Shown here in pieces: positions 1 to 9,794 of a stretch of DNA of 64,000 nucleotides. The first letter of the stretch is position 1; each line of letters begins with the position of its first letter. Where the stretch lies: assembly GCA_963748215.1 (NCBI GenBank), contig CAVVHS010000008.1:96001-160000 (forward strand), in the 5' to 3' direction. Position numbers and translations under genes: made by a program. The notes beneath the pieces were generated by a model. It searched no databases. It was not told the origin of the DNA and saw nothing but the letters and a program-made list of their open reading frames with translations. Source of the DNA: an uncultured Gammaproteobacteria bacterium. Lineage in GTDB: Bacteria > Pseudomonadota > Gammaproteobacteria > UBA9214.

Positions 1-510
1 ACGCCGGAACCCCTGCGGATCTCGATCAAGAATTTCTTTCTCAACCTGCAGTCGCCGGTACGCATGGTCAACGCTGCGCTGCAGGGCAAGTTTGCCGTGG
101 CCGGTAACGAACTGACCCGCTTCGCCACCAATACCACACTCGGAATCGGCGGCATGTTCGATCCTGCCAAGGAACATTTCGGTATCAGGATGCACGACGA
201 GGATACCGGACAGACCCTGGGGGTCTACGGCGTAGGACCCGGACCCTACCTGGTACTGCCATTCCTCGGACCATCCAACTTGCGCGATGGCATCGGACAG
301 ATTGGCGATTCCTGGCTTGACCTGACATTTCATATCTGGGGCAAGGACAAGGACAACTACGACTACATCGGCGCTCGCGTCGCCGATGCAGTGAACAGCC
401 TGTCCCTGGACAAGGACACCTACGAAGGCGTTAAACGGGACGCGCTCGACCCGTACCTGTATCTGCGCGACGCCCACGCACAATATCGCAGGAACCAGAT
501 CAAGAACTAG
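1..510 (+). CDS. mlaA: MlaA/VacJ family lipoprotein (5' partial)
   Basis: Motifs RFATNTTLGIGG, EDTGQTLG, GPYLVLPFLGPSNLRD and DPYLYLRDAH; the frame is open from the window start. Confidence 0.9.
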   Translation, partial: TPEPLRISIKNFFLNLQSPVRMVNAALQGKFAVAGNELTRFATNTTLGIGGMFDPAKEHFGIRMHDEDTGQTLGVYGVGPGPYLVLPFLGPSNLRDGIGQIGDSWLDLTFHIWGKDKDNYDYIGARVADAVNSLSLDKDTYEGVKRDALDPYLYLRDAHAQYRRNQIKN

Positions 511-1331
511 CCCGGATATTCGCCGTCTTCACGTTCGGCATCCTTGGTCCGCTGCCAGAATCGCTCCAGTGTCTCGAGTCCCGCACCGGCCACGTCCTGC
601 CCCGCCGCCCGGCACAATGCCTCGACGTGTTGAAAGCGGCGCTCGAATTTCCGGTTACCGGCACGCAGCGCCGCCTCGGGATCGATACCGGCATGGCGCA
701 ACAGATTGACGACCGCGAACAGCAAGTCACCTGATTCTTCCAACAAGGCCGCGCGATTGTCCCGCTGCCCGATCTCGGCGCGAAACTCGGCGAGCTCTTC
801 GATTACCTTGTCCAGCACACCGCCGATGTCCGGCCAGTCGAATCCGGCGCGGGCCGCTTTCTGCTGCAATTTGTGCGCACGGGTCAGCGCCGGCAGTGCC
901 AGCGGAATCCCCTCCAGCAAGCTGCCCGGTTCGCTTCGCTCCCTGCGCTTGTGCACTTCCCACGCCACGGTCTGGGCTTCGGCATCCTCGACAACGGCAT
1001 CGGCAAATACATGCGGATGGCGGCGCAGCATCTTGTCGACGATAGCGTCGACCACGGCCGGAAAATCAAACCAGCCGGCCTCGCTGGCTAGCCGGGCATG
1101 GAAAACGACCTGGAACAACAGGTCGCCGAGTTCGTCGCGCAGGGCTGCGGCATCGCCAGCCTCTATGGCGTCGACGACCTCGTAAGCCTCTTCGAGGGTG
1201 TACGGCGCTATGGAACGAAAATCCTGCTGCAGGTCCCACGGACATCCGCAGTCCGGATCACGCAACCGGTCCATGACGTCCAGCAATGCTGTTATGTTTT
1301 CCCGCTCAGCGGACTTGCTGACTGACATCAT
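507..1331 (-). CDS. mazG: Nucleoside triphosphate pyrophosphohydrolase MazG
   Basis: LRDPDCGCPWD, EEAYEV, ELGDLLFQVVFH and RRHPHVF with a second MazG domain; ATG at 1331 follows a GGAGGA RBS. Confidence 0.95.
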   Translation of the reverse strand: MMSVSKSAERENITALLDVMDRLRDPDCGCPWDLQQDFRSIAPYTLEEAYEVVDAIEAGDAAALRDELGDLLFQVVFHARLASEAGWFDFPAVVDAIVDKMLRRHPHVFADAVVEDAEAQTVAWEVHKRRERSEPGSLLEGIPLALPALTRAHKLQQKAARAGFDWPDIGGVLDKVIEELAEFRAEIGQRDNRAALLEESGDLLFAVVNLLRHAGIDPEAALRAGNRKFERRFQHVEALCRAAGQDVAGAGLETLERFWQRTKDAEREDGEYPG

Positions 1332-1459
1332 CTTCCTCCATGCGACACGCGAGGCAGTATAAGCCAGATGACGACCGCACGACGGAAGGATGGAAGGATG
1401 GGTCTGCAGGGCCGGTACGGTTTCGAGCTGCCGGCAGAAAGCGCTACGCCGGTGCTGGT

Positions 1460-2035
1460 TTACCAGCTGCGCTGCGGGCCCACGTCGACATGAATGAAAT
1501 CGGAACCCGGGTAATAACCGACCCCGCCTGCCTTGATCGACAGGGCGGCCGTATGCAGCTGCTTCAGATCGCAACCCGGCAAACGTATATCGATAGCCTT
1601 GCCCTGCATGTGGTAACTGCGCTTGGCGACGCCGGAACTCTTGTTGCGCAGCGTGGCATTCGTCGCGGGCGAGCGATAACCGGAGATAACCTCGAAGGCC
1701 TTGCGGCTGCCGACTGTTGATTGCAGCACGTACAGCAGGTCCAGCAGGTCGGTGTCAATCGGATGGATGTCACCGGAACGGTGATCGCGCAACAGGGTAT
1801 TGATATCCTGCAATTCGCTGTCGATAAAATCACCTTCGGCCCAATAGGTCGCAGCAAGATCTTCGCCGGTATGGGTATTGTGCAGGCTGAGCCTGCGTTC
1901 ATGCGCCGGTTTCGTGCCGGCAAACGCAGGGTGCACCAGCAGCGCGGTGCCGGCCAGGACTCCAATACGGAGAAAATCGCGTCGCTTGACTGACGCCAGC
2001 AACGCCTGGCGCGCTCGATCTTTTGACTCATACAT
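1460..2035 (-). CDS. YcbK/MepK (DUF882, peptidase M15) Tat-exported peptidoglycan endopeptidase
   Basis: Twin-arginine signal KRRDFL; ISGYRSPATN, SYHMQGKAID and FIHVDVG motifs. Confidence 0.9.
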   Translation of the reverse strand: MYESKDRARQALLASVKRRDFLRIGVLAGTALLVHPAFAGTKPAHERRLSLHNTHTGEDLAATYWAEGDFIDSELQDINTLLRDHRSGDIHPIDTDLLDLLYVLQSTVGSRKAFEVISGYRSPATNATLRNKSSGVAKRSYHMQGKAIDIRLPGCDLKQLHTAALSIKAGGVGYYPGSDFIHVDVGPQRSW

Positions 2036-2312
2036 ACCACTGACTCCTGCCCTAAATCAATGATAACTAGCTGTATTCAAAAGATATTATTATCGCCAGT
2101 AAAATTAGTGGATGATTATACACCAATTAACCGACAAGTAAATACCCTACTCTCTGCAAGTATTCATCCGTCATGCAAATGGTCGGGATGGAAACAGCCT
2201 CAAGACCCACAGGCTGCCATGTAGCCGGTCGGGTAACTGTGATGAGCATCACAGCCGACACGGCATTCCGGGCCACGCGTAAGCTGGCCCGGCATTTCAA
2301 CTGTCGATGCAA

Positions 2313-2771
2313 TCAATGCCTGGCGCCGCTGCGCAACGCAGAAATCACACGGTCTTCGTAATGAATGCGATCGGCTATGCACTCGCCCAGATTCGACAGG
2401 TCCATGGCCAGGAATTCGACACTGTTATCGAGCGACATCGCTTCATACTTGTCGTTGAAGCGCAGAATCGTATCCGTAGTCTCGACGATTTTCGGATAAA
2501 GCTCGTCGGCGATGGCCAGGACGGCCTTGCGACGCTCGCAGTTGTCCGCGAGATAGCGATAGAGCTGAAAGTGAGCACTCGCGGTATAGTCGATCAGTGC
2601 CTCACAAAACCGGCGCAGCGCCTTTTCCATGGAATTGTCCGGATGAAACGGCTGCCTGCCGGCCAGATCGGTCAGCAACGACAGTGTCTCGTTCCTTGCG
2701 CTCACCAGCGCAGCGAGGTTGTCACTTGAACGCTGCCGCCGATCAACGCCACCGGGGATTTGTGAACCCAT
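2313..2771 (-). CDS. rsd: Rsd/AlgQ anti-sigma70 regulator
   Basis: FCEALIDYTASAHFQLY, FNDKY and LSNLGE..ADRIHYED motifs. Confidence 0.88.
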   Translation of the reverse strand: MGSQIPGGVDRRQRSSDNLAALVSARNETLSLLTDLAGRQPFHPDNSMEKALRRFCEALIDYTASAHFQLYRYLADNCERRKAVLAIADELYPKIVETTDTILRFNDKYEAMSLDNSVEFLAMDLSNLGECIADRIHYEDRVISALRSGARH

Positions 2772-3080
2772 ATATCGCTCCTGACTAGTTGATTTTTATA
2801 CTATATTTGACAATTCTTTGTACCCGCCCGGGCTCGCGGCAATCTCGGAACTTTACCCGCCAGGCAAGACACCATATCACCCTTTTCACGTGCACTTTAC
2901 CAACAAGCCAATGTAAATCAAACAGTTTTCTGGCAGTTTAGCGGGTGTTGAGTGAGGTCCACAGCGGACATCACCACCCATTCTGGTCGCTGACATATAT
3001 CCCCTTGAGGATAGAGGGATTAATATTTGCTTGTATTTCAATCCGTTAATTGATATCAGGCTGCCGAAACAACAACCCGA

Positions 3081-3105
3081 ATTCTTGACTAAAAGACTCG
3101 GTCAT
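3081..3105 (+). promoter_or_regulatory. IscR type-1-like binding site overlapping a TTGACT -35 element
   Basis: ATTCTTGACTAAAAGACTCGGTCAT matches the type-1 consensus ATASYYGACTRWWWYAGTCRRSTAT at 20 of 25 positions by eye; it lies upstream of the iscR-like gene. Confidence 0.65.
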
Positions 3106-3227
3106 TACATCATTCATATATCTGCTAAGCGGACACTATTTAACAATCCGCTTCCGCCGCCTGATAATGAATACGGTTCAGGCGTGGCGGGTATACACAA
3201 GCTGTGCCGTATTCACCGAGGTTAGTC

Positions 3228-3659
3228 ATGAAGTTATCTACCAAAGGCCGCCACGCCGTCACGGCAATGATGGAACTTGCTCTGCAACACGACAAGGGTC
3301 CCGTGACGCTTGCCGACATTTCCGCGCAGCAGTCCATTTCCATCTCCTATCTCGAGCAACTTTTCGCGCGATTGCGCCAGCACGGACTGGTGACGGGCAT
3401 GCGCGGACCTGGCGGCGGTTATTGCCTGGCACGGCCCGCCAATGAAATCACCGTTGCGAACATCCTTGCAACCGTTGACGACGTCACTCGCCGCGAGGAA
3501 ACCGCAAACACCGCGGGCGCCCAGATGTGGCTGCACCTGAGTAACAGGATCTACGACTACCTCGACAGCATCACGCTGGAGGAAGCGGTTGCATCGCACC
3601 AGAAAGATTCGAAGCAGGAACCACTGTTCGGCTCGAGGGCCCAGCAGAGCGCTGCCTGA
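3228..3659 (+). CDS. Rrf2-family IscR-like regulator lacking the Fe-S cysteine triad
   Basis: MKLSTKGRHAVTAM, ISYLEQLFARLR and RGPGGGY are IscR-like; no Cys occurs in the C-terminal loop. Confidence 0.88.
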   Translation: MKLSTKGRHAVTAMMELALQHDKGPVTLADISAQQSISISYLEQLFARLRQHGLVTGMRGPGGGYCLARPANEITVANILATVDDVTRREETANTAGAQMWLHLSNRIYDYLDSITLEEAVASHQKDSKQEPLFGSRAQQSAA

Positions 3660-3712
3660 TTAATACCCCTGATTGTTGACTGTATCAATGCTTAATATTT
3701 GGAGAAACCGAA

Positions 3713-4099
3713 ATGGCATATAGTGAAAAAGTACTGGACCACTACGAGAACCCGCGAAATGTCGGCACATTCGACAAGGGTGACAAGCAGGTTGGTACTG
3801 GCATGGTCGGCGCACCGGCCTGTGGCGATGTCATGCGTCTTCAGATCAAGGTCAGCGACCAGGGTATTATCGAGGATGCGCGCTTCAAGACCTACGGCTG
3901 CGGCTCCGCCATTGCATCCAGCTCACTGCTGACTGAATGGGTCAAGGGAAAGTCGCTTGATGAAGCCCGTGCAATAAAGAACACGGATATCGCAACAGAG
4001 CTCGCCTTGCCGCCGGTCAAGATCCATTGCTCGGTGCTGGCCGAAGATGCCATCAAGGCTGCCATCGAGGACTACCAGGGCAAAACGGGGCGTGCATAG
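3713..4099 (+). CDS. iscU: Fe-S cluster scaffold IscU
   Basis: MAYSEKVLDHYENPRNVG, APACGDVM, YGCGSA and LPPVKIHC. Confidence 0.97.
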   Translation: MAYSEKVLDHYENPRNVGTFDKGDKQVGTGMVGAPACGDVMRLQIKVSDQGIIEDARFKTYGCGSAIASSSLLTEWVKGKSLDEARAIKNTDIATELALPPVKIHCSVLAEDAIKAAIEDYQGKTGRA

Positions 4100-4130
4100 C
4101 ACCGGTTAGCCACGCGCGATTGAAGTCCAG

Positions 4131-4154
4131 ACGGGGCCTGCGGGCCCCGTTTGT
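4131..4154 (+). terminator. Rho-independent terminator after iscU
   Basis: ACGGGGCC-TGCG-GGCCCCGT stem followed by a short T tract. Confidence 0.6.
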
Positions 4155-4350
4155 ATGTCTGCAGGTATACTGACGGACATGAATGCATAGGCACTCGCTA
4201 CCGGATCCCACGGGTTTCCTGGCACCCACCATCCTGCCCGGCATCACGAAAGGGCAGCACCGACGTGGGCAACCATGGCCGTCAGTGGCGCAACGCCGGG
4301 TGCAAATGCCCGCGCCGACAGCGTACAACCGCGCTGATATACTTCGCACC

Positions 4351-5199
4351 ATGAGCAACCAGGCCAGCCACGACACCCTTACCCGCCTGTATCCGGCGCC
4401 GCATGAAAACCTGCCACTCGAAGGCCTCTATCTTAACCACCTGCTGCATATCCGCGGGCTGGATGATGCGCCTTATGTCTACAGCAATTTCATCAGCTCG
4501 CTGGATGGCCGTATTGCCGTGGGCGAGAGCGGACGCACCACGCACATCGTCCCGGCGGCAATCACCAACCCACGTGACTGGCGCCTGTACCAGGAACTGG
4601 CCGGACAGGCTGACATCCTGATCACCAGTGGCCGTTTTTTCCGGCAAAGCAGCGTCGGCGAGGCGCAGGATATCCTGCCGGTCGGTGGAGAGCCGGCATT
4701 TGCCGACATTCGCCGCTGGCGCATTGAACAGGGCCTGCAGGCACAACCCGATATCGCCATCATGAGCGGCAGCCTGGACATTCCACCCGACGCCCTGCGG
4801 CCCTACCGGAATCGCAGGTTGATAGTCGTAACCGGTGCGGACGCAGACGATAAAAAGGCGGGGATCCTGCTGGACAACGGCGTTGAAGTCATCCGTGCAG
4901 GCTCGGGTCGGCAGGTGGAAGGCAGGGCGATGGTGGATCGACTGGCTGCGGCCGGCTACCGCAGCCTATACGCCATCGCCGGACCGGCCGTATTCGGCAC
5001 GCTGTTACAGGCAAGGGTGGTAGACCGCCTGTATCTGACATTCGCCTGCACCTTGCTGGGTGGATATGTATTCGACACGCTGACCCGCGGCGAGCCACTG
5101 GTACCGGCTCTGGGCATGCAGCTGGCGAGTCTCTACCACGACATTCATGCGCCGGCCGGTGCCGGCCAGCTATTCGCGATGTTCGAACCGGGCAACTAA
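4351..5199 (+). CDS. RibD C-terminal domain (pyrimidine reductase/DHFR-like) protein
   Basis: YSNFISSLDGRIA, GPAVFGTLL and VDRLYLT; start placed at MSNQ. Confidence 0.8.
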   Translation: MSNQASHDTLTRLYPAPHENLPLEGLYLNHLLHIRGLDDAPYVYSNFISSLDGRIAVGESGRTTHIVPAAITNPRDWRLYQELAGQADILITSGRFFRQSSVGEAQDILPVGGEPAFADIRRWRIEQGLQAQPDIAIMSGSLDIPPDALRPYRNRRLIVVTGADADDKKAGILLDNGVEVIRAGSGRQVEGRAMVDRLAAAGYRSLYAIAGPAVFGTLLQARVVDRLYLTFACTLLGGYVFDTLTRGEPLVPALGMQLASLYHDIHAPAGAGQLFAMFEPGN

Positions 5200-5223
5200 A
5201 CGGCTCACATGCTCCACGCAGCG

Positions 5224-5643
5224 CTAGCGCTCAAGACAGGCATTTACCGCCCGCCGTATCTTGCCGAGCGGCACCGCATCACCCCGGTCGATACCCTCGC
5301 AGCGGCGCCCTTCACCGTACCAGGCACGCCGGTTGCCGGCAATTTCCGGCCAGAATGGATAGGTCCTGCATTGTACGGGGCGCACCGCATAGATACCGCA
5401 GCGCCCCTGCGCATCTAGAAAAATGCAACGATCGCCGGCACCCGCCGCCAGCACCAGCTGCCCGTCTTCGAGCCGGCGCAAATACCTGCGCCGGAACCAG
5501 GAACCCGACAGGCCTAGCTGCAGCCGGATCTGTTCCGCCTCCTGCGCGCCCAGAAACACGAAATAATCACCGGGTGTCTCGCAGCAACGACCGCAGCGGG
5601 TGCAGGAAAAATGCAGGACATGGGTTTCGAAAAACGGTTTCAC
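5224..5643 (-). CDS. YkgJ family CxxCxxCC zinc/iron-chelating protein
   Basis: FSCTRCGRCC, CIFLD and CGIYAVRPVQCRTYPFW. Confidence 0.88.
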   Translation of the reverse strand: MKPFFETHVLHFSCTRCGRCCETPGDYFVFLGAQEAEQIRLQLGLSGSWFRRRYLRRLEDGQLVLAAGAGDRCIFLDAQGRCGIYAVRPVQCRTYPFWPEIAGNRRAWYGEGRRCEGIDRGDAVPLGKIRRAVNACLER

Positions 5644-5822
5644 GACGGCAAGCTCCGGCTGGCAGGTATCGGCATCACGGCAGGCATATCACCTCGTGAC
5701 AGACAGCGTCTCTGCCCCTTTTACATCGATCGGCTGGCGCCAGCAACCCTGCCTCACAGTCAGCGGTTATGGTATGGTCGAAGCGTGTTGTTTCCTGCAT
5801 CCTGTCAGCCACAGGCACTCAC

Positions 5823-6371
5823 ATGATCTATTGCAGCAACTGTGGCCAGCCACTGGTTGAAAAAGTCCCTGAAGGCGATTCACGCACACGACATGTCTGC
5901 GAGGCGTGCGATATCGTTCACTACCAGAATCCAAAGATTGTCGCCGGCTGCCTGCCCGAGTGGAACGGCCGCCTGCTGCTGTGCCGGCGTGCTATCGAGC
6001 CCCGCTATGGCCTGTGGACACTCCCTGCCGGCTTCATGGAAAACGGCGAATCGACCGAACAGGCCGCGGCGCGCGAAACACTCGAGGAAGCCTGCGCACG
6101 GGTAGTCGACCTGAAACTGTACGGCGTCTTCAGCATTCCGCATATCAGCCAGGTCTACATGATGTTCCGTGCACAGCTGGAATCGGAAGTCTTCGGTCCG
6201 GGTGACGAGAGCCTGGAAGTGAAGCTGTTCGAGGAACACGAGATCCCCTGGGAGGCGCTGGCATTTCCGGTTGTCAAGCGTACACTTGAACGGTACTACA
6301 GCGACATCAGGAACAAGCATTTCCCGGTTTATGTGGAAAATATCATACGTCACCCGCCCCGCCCGCGGTGA
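5823..6371 (+). CDS. Nudix hydrolase with N-terminal zinc ribbon
   Basis: YCSNCG..CEAC..HYQNPK and the Nudix box GFMENGESTEQAAARETLEE. Confidence 0.92.
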   Translation: MIYCSNCGQPLVEKVPEGDSRTRHVCEACDIVHYQNPKIVAGCLPEWNGRLLLCRRAIEPRYGLWTLPAGFMENGESTEQAAARETLEEACARVVDLKLYGVFSIPHISQVYMMFRAQLESEVFGPGDESLEVKLFEEHEIPWEALAFPVVKRTLERYYSDIRNKHFPVYVENIIRHPPRPR

Positions 6372-6396
6372 GCGGCTTTGACCACTGGAGACTGTC

Positions 6397-6975
6397 ATGA
6401 AAACGAATGCCGTTGTGTTGTTGTTTCTTGGGCTGCTGACTGCCTGGGTTCCGGCCGTTGCGAAGAACATCGGGGATGTGGCGATACCAGACACCCTTGC
6501 CCTGCCCAACAGCGAGCATGCACTGTCACTGAACGGGGCGGGAATCCGCAAGAAATTCTTCATGGATATCTACATTGGTGCCCTGTACCTGCCAGCCGTA
6601 ACGACGGACAGCAAGGCTATCCTGGCCGACTCGGGTGCCGCCAGCGTGCTGATGCATTTCGTCTACAAGGAAGTCAGCAAGGACAAGATTGTCGACGGCT
6701 GGAATGACGGTCTCCGGGAGAACCTCAGCTCGACGGAATTCCAGGCATTGTCCGGTAAACTGGAAAAATTCAATGCCCTGTTCAAGGCTGTCCGAAATGG
6801 CGATACCATACGCATCGACTACAACCCCGCCATCGGCACGGAAGTACGCATCAATGATGAATGGCGCGGTTCAGTCGAGGGCAATGACTTCTTTCGTGCC
6901 CTGCTGAAGATCTGGATCGGCGAACATCCGGTCAGCAGTTCCCTGAAAAAAGGGATGCTCGGCATACAGGACTAG
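6397..6975 (+). CDS. Chalcone isomerase-like periplasmic protein
   Basis: Signal peptide; LNGAGIRKKFFMDIYIGALYL and ALLKIWIGEHP. Confidence 0.85.
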   Translation: MKTNAVVLLFLGLLTAWVPAVAKNIGDVAIPDTLALPNSEHALSLNGAGIRKKFFMDIYIGALYLPAVTTDSKAILADSGAASVLMHFVYKEVSKDKIVDGWNDGLRENLSSTEFQALSGKLEKFNALFKAVRNGDTIRIDYNPAIGTEVRINDEWRGSVEGNDFFRALLKIWIGEHPVSSSLKKGMLGIQD

Positions 6976-6990
6976 CGCCATAGCCGGACC

Positions 6991-7947
6991 ATGCGCGGTG
7001 TTTTTCTCGATAACCACACGCTGACCGACGGCGACCTTTCCCTGGACGGGCTACGCGTCGTACTTGACGAGTTGACGTTATGTGGCAAGACAGCGCCCGC
7101 GGACGTGGCCGAAGCTATCCAGGGTGCCGCCGTCGTCATCACCAACAAAGTGGTACTCGACAGCGCGACACTGGAGTCAGCTCCCGCGCTAAGGCTCGTT
7201 TGTGTGGCCGCAACCGGCACGAACAATATCGACATGACCGCAACTGCGCGACTGGGTATCACGGTGTGTAACGTACGCGCCTACGCAACCGCATCGGTGG
7301 TCGAACACGTCTTCATGGTGATACTGGCGCTGACGCGGCGCCTGCAGTCACACCTGCAGGCCGTCAGGGAGGGCGACTGGAGCCGTGCAGACCGTTTCAG
7401 CCTGCTCGATTTCCCGTTCCGCGGACTCGCCGGGCGCACGCTGGGCATCATCGGCTATGGCGAACTCGGCCAGGCCGTGGCCGTGGCAGCCGGCGCTTTC
7501 GGTATGCAGGTACTGGTTGCACAACGTCCGGGGTCTGTCGTACAGGCGGGGCGTGTTGCAGTAACGGAGTTACTCGCCCGTTCGAATATTGTCAGCCTCC
7601 ACTGTCCGCTCACGGAACAGACCCGCAATCTCATCACAGCGAAAGAGTTCGACTGCATGCGGCACGACGCCATCCTGGTCAACACTGCGCGCGGCGGTAT
7701 CGTCAGCGAGGCCGATCTCGCGACAGCATTACGGGACGGAAGGATCGGCGGCGCCGCTGTCGATGTGCTGTCCGAAGAACCGCCTGTCAACGGCAACCCG
7801 CTGCTGGACACAGCCCTGCCGAACCTGATCGTCACGCCCCATATCGCCTGGGCGAGCATCCAGTCACGGCAAAACCTGGTCGACGCGCTGGCTGCCAACA
7901 TCCGCGCCTTCCGGCAGGGCAAGCCAGTCAATGTCGTATCGGCATGA
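6991..7947 (+). CDS. D-2-hydroxyacid dehydrogenase (glycerate dehydrogenase/HprA-like)
   Basis: ATGTNNID, GIIGYGELG, SLHCPLT, NTARGG and TPHIAW. Confidence 0.9.
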   Translation: MRGVFLDNHTLTDGDLSLDGLRVVLDELTLCGKTAPADVAEAIQGAAVVITNKVVLDSATLESAPALRLVCVAATGTNNIDMTATARLGITVCNVRAYATASVVEHVFMVILALTRRLQSHLQAVREGDWSRADRFSLLDFPFRGLAGRTLGIIGYGELGQAVAVAAGAFGMQVLVAQRPGSVVQAGRVAVTELLARSNIVSLHCPLTEQTRNLITAKEFDCMRHDAILVNTARGGIVSEADLATALRDGRIGGAAVDVLSEEPPVNGNPLLDTALPNLIVTPHIAWASIQSRQNLVDALAANIRAFRQGKPVNVVSA

Positions 7948-7963
7948 GCATTCCCCGTCCGGC

Positions 7964-8689
7964 ATGACACTCACGCCCGGCGATATCGCCGCCAGTCTGG
8001 CGGACATCAGATCGCGAATCGGCTCTGCCGCCGCCAGGGCTGGCCGCAACCCGAAGGATATCCGCCTGATCGCGGTCTCCAAGCGCGTGCCGGCGAAATA
8101 TGTCCGCATGGCCATGGCCGCGGGGCAATTCTGCTTCGGCGAAAACACCGTGCAGGATGCGCAGACCAAGCAGGCGGTGATTGATGATCCGCGCACCGAG
8201 TGGCATTTCATCGGCCACCTGCAGACCAACAAGGCGAAGGCGATACCCGGGAGATTCGCCTGGCTGCATACGCTCGACACCCTGAAGCTGGCGAAACACC
8301 TGTCCGGTGCAGCGCTGGATGCGGGTCAAATGGTCAATGTGCTGTTACAGATCAATGTGGCGAATGACCCCGCCAAGTTCGGCCTGCCGGCCAGGCAGGT
8401 AATACCCTTCGTCGACAAGCTGCTGGAGTCGGAGCTGGCCGGTATCCGCCTGCGCGGCTTGATGACCATCGGGCGGCGGGACGCGGCGCCGGACGCACGC
8501 CAAACGGAGTTCGCCGCCCTGCGCGAACTCGCACACTGTTGCGCCGGGCGCTTCGGGAACACGCTGTTCGGCGAACTGTCCATGGGCATGAGTGAGGATT
8601 TCGAGCTGGCCATCGCCGAGGGCGCAACCATGGTCCGCGTCGGCAGTTCCATTTTCGGCGCGCGCGACCCAGCCGGCCCCGGCGCATGA
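7964..8689 (+). CDS. yggS: YggS family pyridoxal phosphate homeostasis protein
   Basis: LIAVSK, FGEN, WHFIGHLQTNK, GLMT, LSMGMS and TMVRVGSSIFG. Confidence 0.93.
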   Translation: MTLTPGDIAASLADIRSRIGSAAARAGRNPKDIRLIAVSKRVPAKYVRMAMAAGQFCFGENTVQDAQTKQAVIDDPRTEWHFIGHLQTNKAKAIPGRFAWLHTLDTLKLAKHLSGAALDAGQMVNVLLQINVANDPAKFGLPARQVIPFVDKLLESELAGIRLRGLMTIGRRDAAPDARQTEFAALRELAHCCAGRFGNTLFGELSMGMSEDFELAIAEGATMVRVGSSIFGARDPAGPGA

Positions 8690-8835
8690 TGATGGAAATC
8701 GCATGCTGTTGTTAACAAACATCTTCGTCCAGGAAGGCCCCGACAGATAGCGACAGCAAGCTGTTCATCAATGCGCCCCAATCCAGTACAATGCGCCGGG
8801 TATTCACCGGAACACCACCGCGCGGGGGATTTTCA

Positions 8836-9333
8836 ATGGTAACGCTGGACGGCCAAACATCATTCTGGGCGATCGGGATACTGAGCTTTTTGATTGGTAT
8901 TGCACTGGGCTGGATTATTACCTACACGCTCGTCGTCCGGCATGGCCGCACCCACCAGCTGCAGTTGGAACTCGACCAGCTGAAAGACAATTTCAGGGAT
9001 TACCGCGACCAGGTCACGCACCATTTCATGCGCACCTCCGAGCTGGTGCAGGAAATGACCCAGAGTTACCGCTCGGTCTACGAACACCTCGCATCGGGGG
9101 CCCAGCACCTGTGCGGCGACCCCGAACTCGCAGCACTCAATCACCGACCGGCAAAGCCGCTGGCTGCCGGGGACGTCCCTGAAGCTCAGCCGGGTGACGA
9201 CTATGAATACGACGAGTATGCCGAGCTGTCGCGTATTCGTGATGACATAGACGAACTGCTGGGCGAAGCCCCGCGCATTTCCGACATGGATATGGACGCC
9301 GAGGACAGCGGCAACAAGCCCCTGCAGCACTAG
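8836..9333 (+). CDS. yhcB: YhcB/ZapG (DUF1043) membrane-anchored protein
   Basis: N-terminal TM helix; YRDQVTHHFMRTSELV..Y..VYEHLASGAQHL. Confidence 0.8.
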   Translation: MVTLDGQTSFWAIGILSFLIGIALGWIITYTLVVRHGRTHQLQLELDQLKDNFRDYRDQVTHHFMRTSELVQEMTQSYRSVYEHLASGAQHLCGDPELAALNHRPAKPLAAGDVPEAQPGDDYEYDEYAELSRIRDDIDELLGEAPRISDMDMDAEDSGNKPLQH

Positions 9334-9367
9334 CCTGCATTTCTCACCACCCGGTGAGAAATGCGGA
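9330..9367. repeat. Short inverted-repeat hairpin related to the MITE ends at 40087-40326
   Basis: CTAG-CCTGCATTTCTCACC-accc-GGTGAGAAATGCGGA between the convergent yhcB and yjbQ genes. Confidence 0.75.
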
Positions 9368-9377
9368 CTGGCCCCGT

Positions 9378-9794
9378 TCAGTCACCGCTGACGGTCACGG
9401 TGATATCGCGCCGGTGTCCTGCCGCACGATGTTCCCATAAATAGATACCCTGCCAGGTACCGAGCTGACAGCGGCCGGATCCGACCGGGATGGTCAGGTC
9501 GGTATGTGTCAGCAGGCTGCGCACGTGCGCCGGCATGTCATCCGGCCCTTCCAGGGTATGCACAAACAGTGGATCACCGTCCGGTACCAGCCGTGACATG
9601 AACCGATCCATGTCCGCGCGCACGTCCGGATCGGCATTCTCGCAGATCACCAGCGACGCACTGGTATGCTGCAGAAACAGGTGGCAGAGCCCGGTCCCGA
9701 TCTGTGACTTCAGCACCAGTTCCTGCACCCTGTCCGTGATGTCGTAACTGCCCCGGCCGCGGGTGCCCACCTGCAGTGTAGCCTGATAGATCAC
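9378..9794 (-). CDS. yjbQ: YjbQ/UPF0047 family protein
   Basis: HTSASLVICENADPDV, EGPDDMPAHV and LGTWQGIYLWEH. Confidence 0.92.
   Translation of the reverse strand: MIYQATLQVGTRGRGSYDITDRVQELVLKSQIGTGLCHLFLQHTSASLVICENADPDVRADMDRFMSRLVPDGDPLFVHTLEGPDDMPAHVRSLLTHTDLTIPVGSGRCQLGTWQGIYLWEHRAAGHRRDITVTVSGD

Noticed and set aside
3676-3688. FNR-like TTGAC-TGT-ATCAA upstream of iscU
   Set aside because: The spacer is 3 nt rather than 4
4165-4310. ZTP riboswitch-like words (ACTGACGG/CCGTCAGT) upstream of the RibD-like gene
   Set aside because: The required elements could not be placed in the right order on the coding strand; only an inverted repeat is evident
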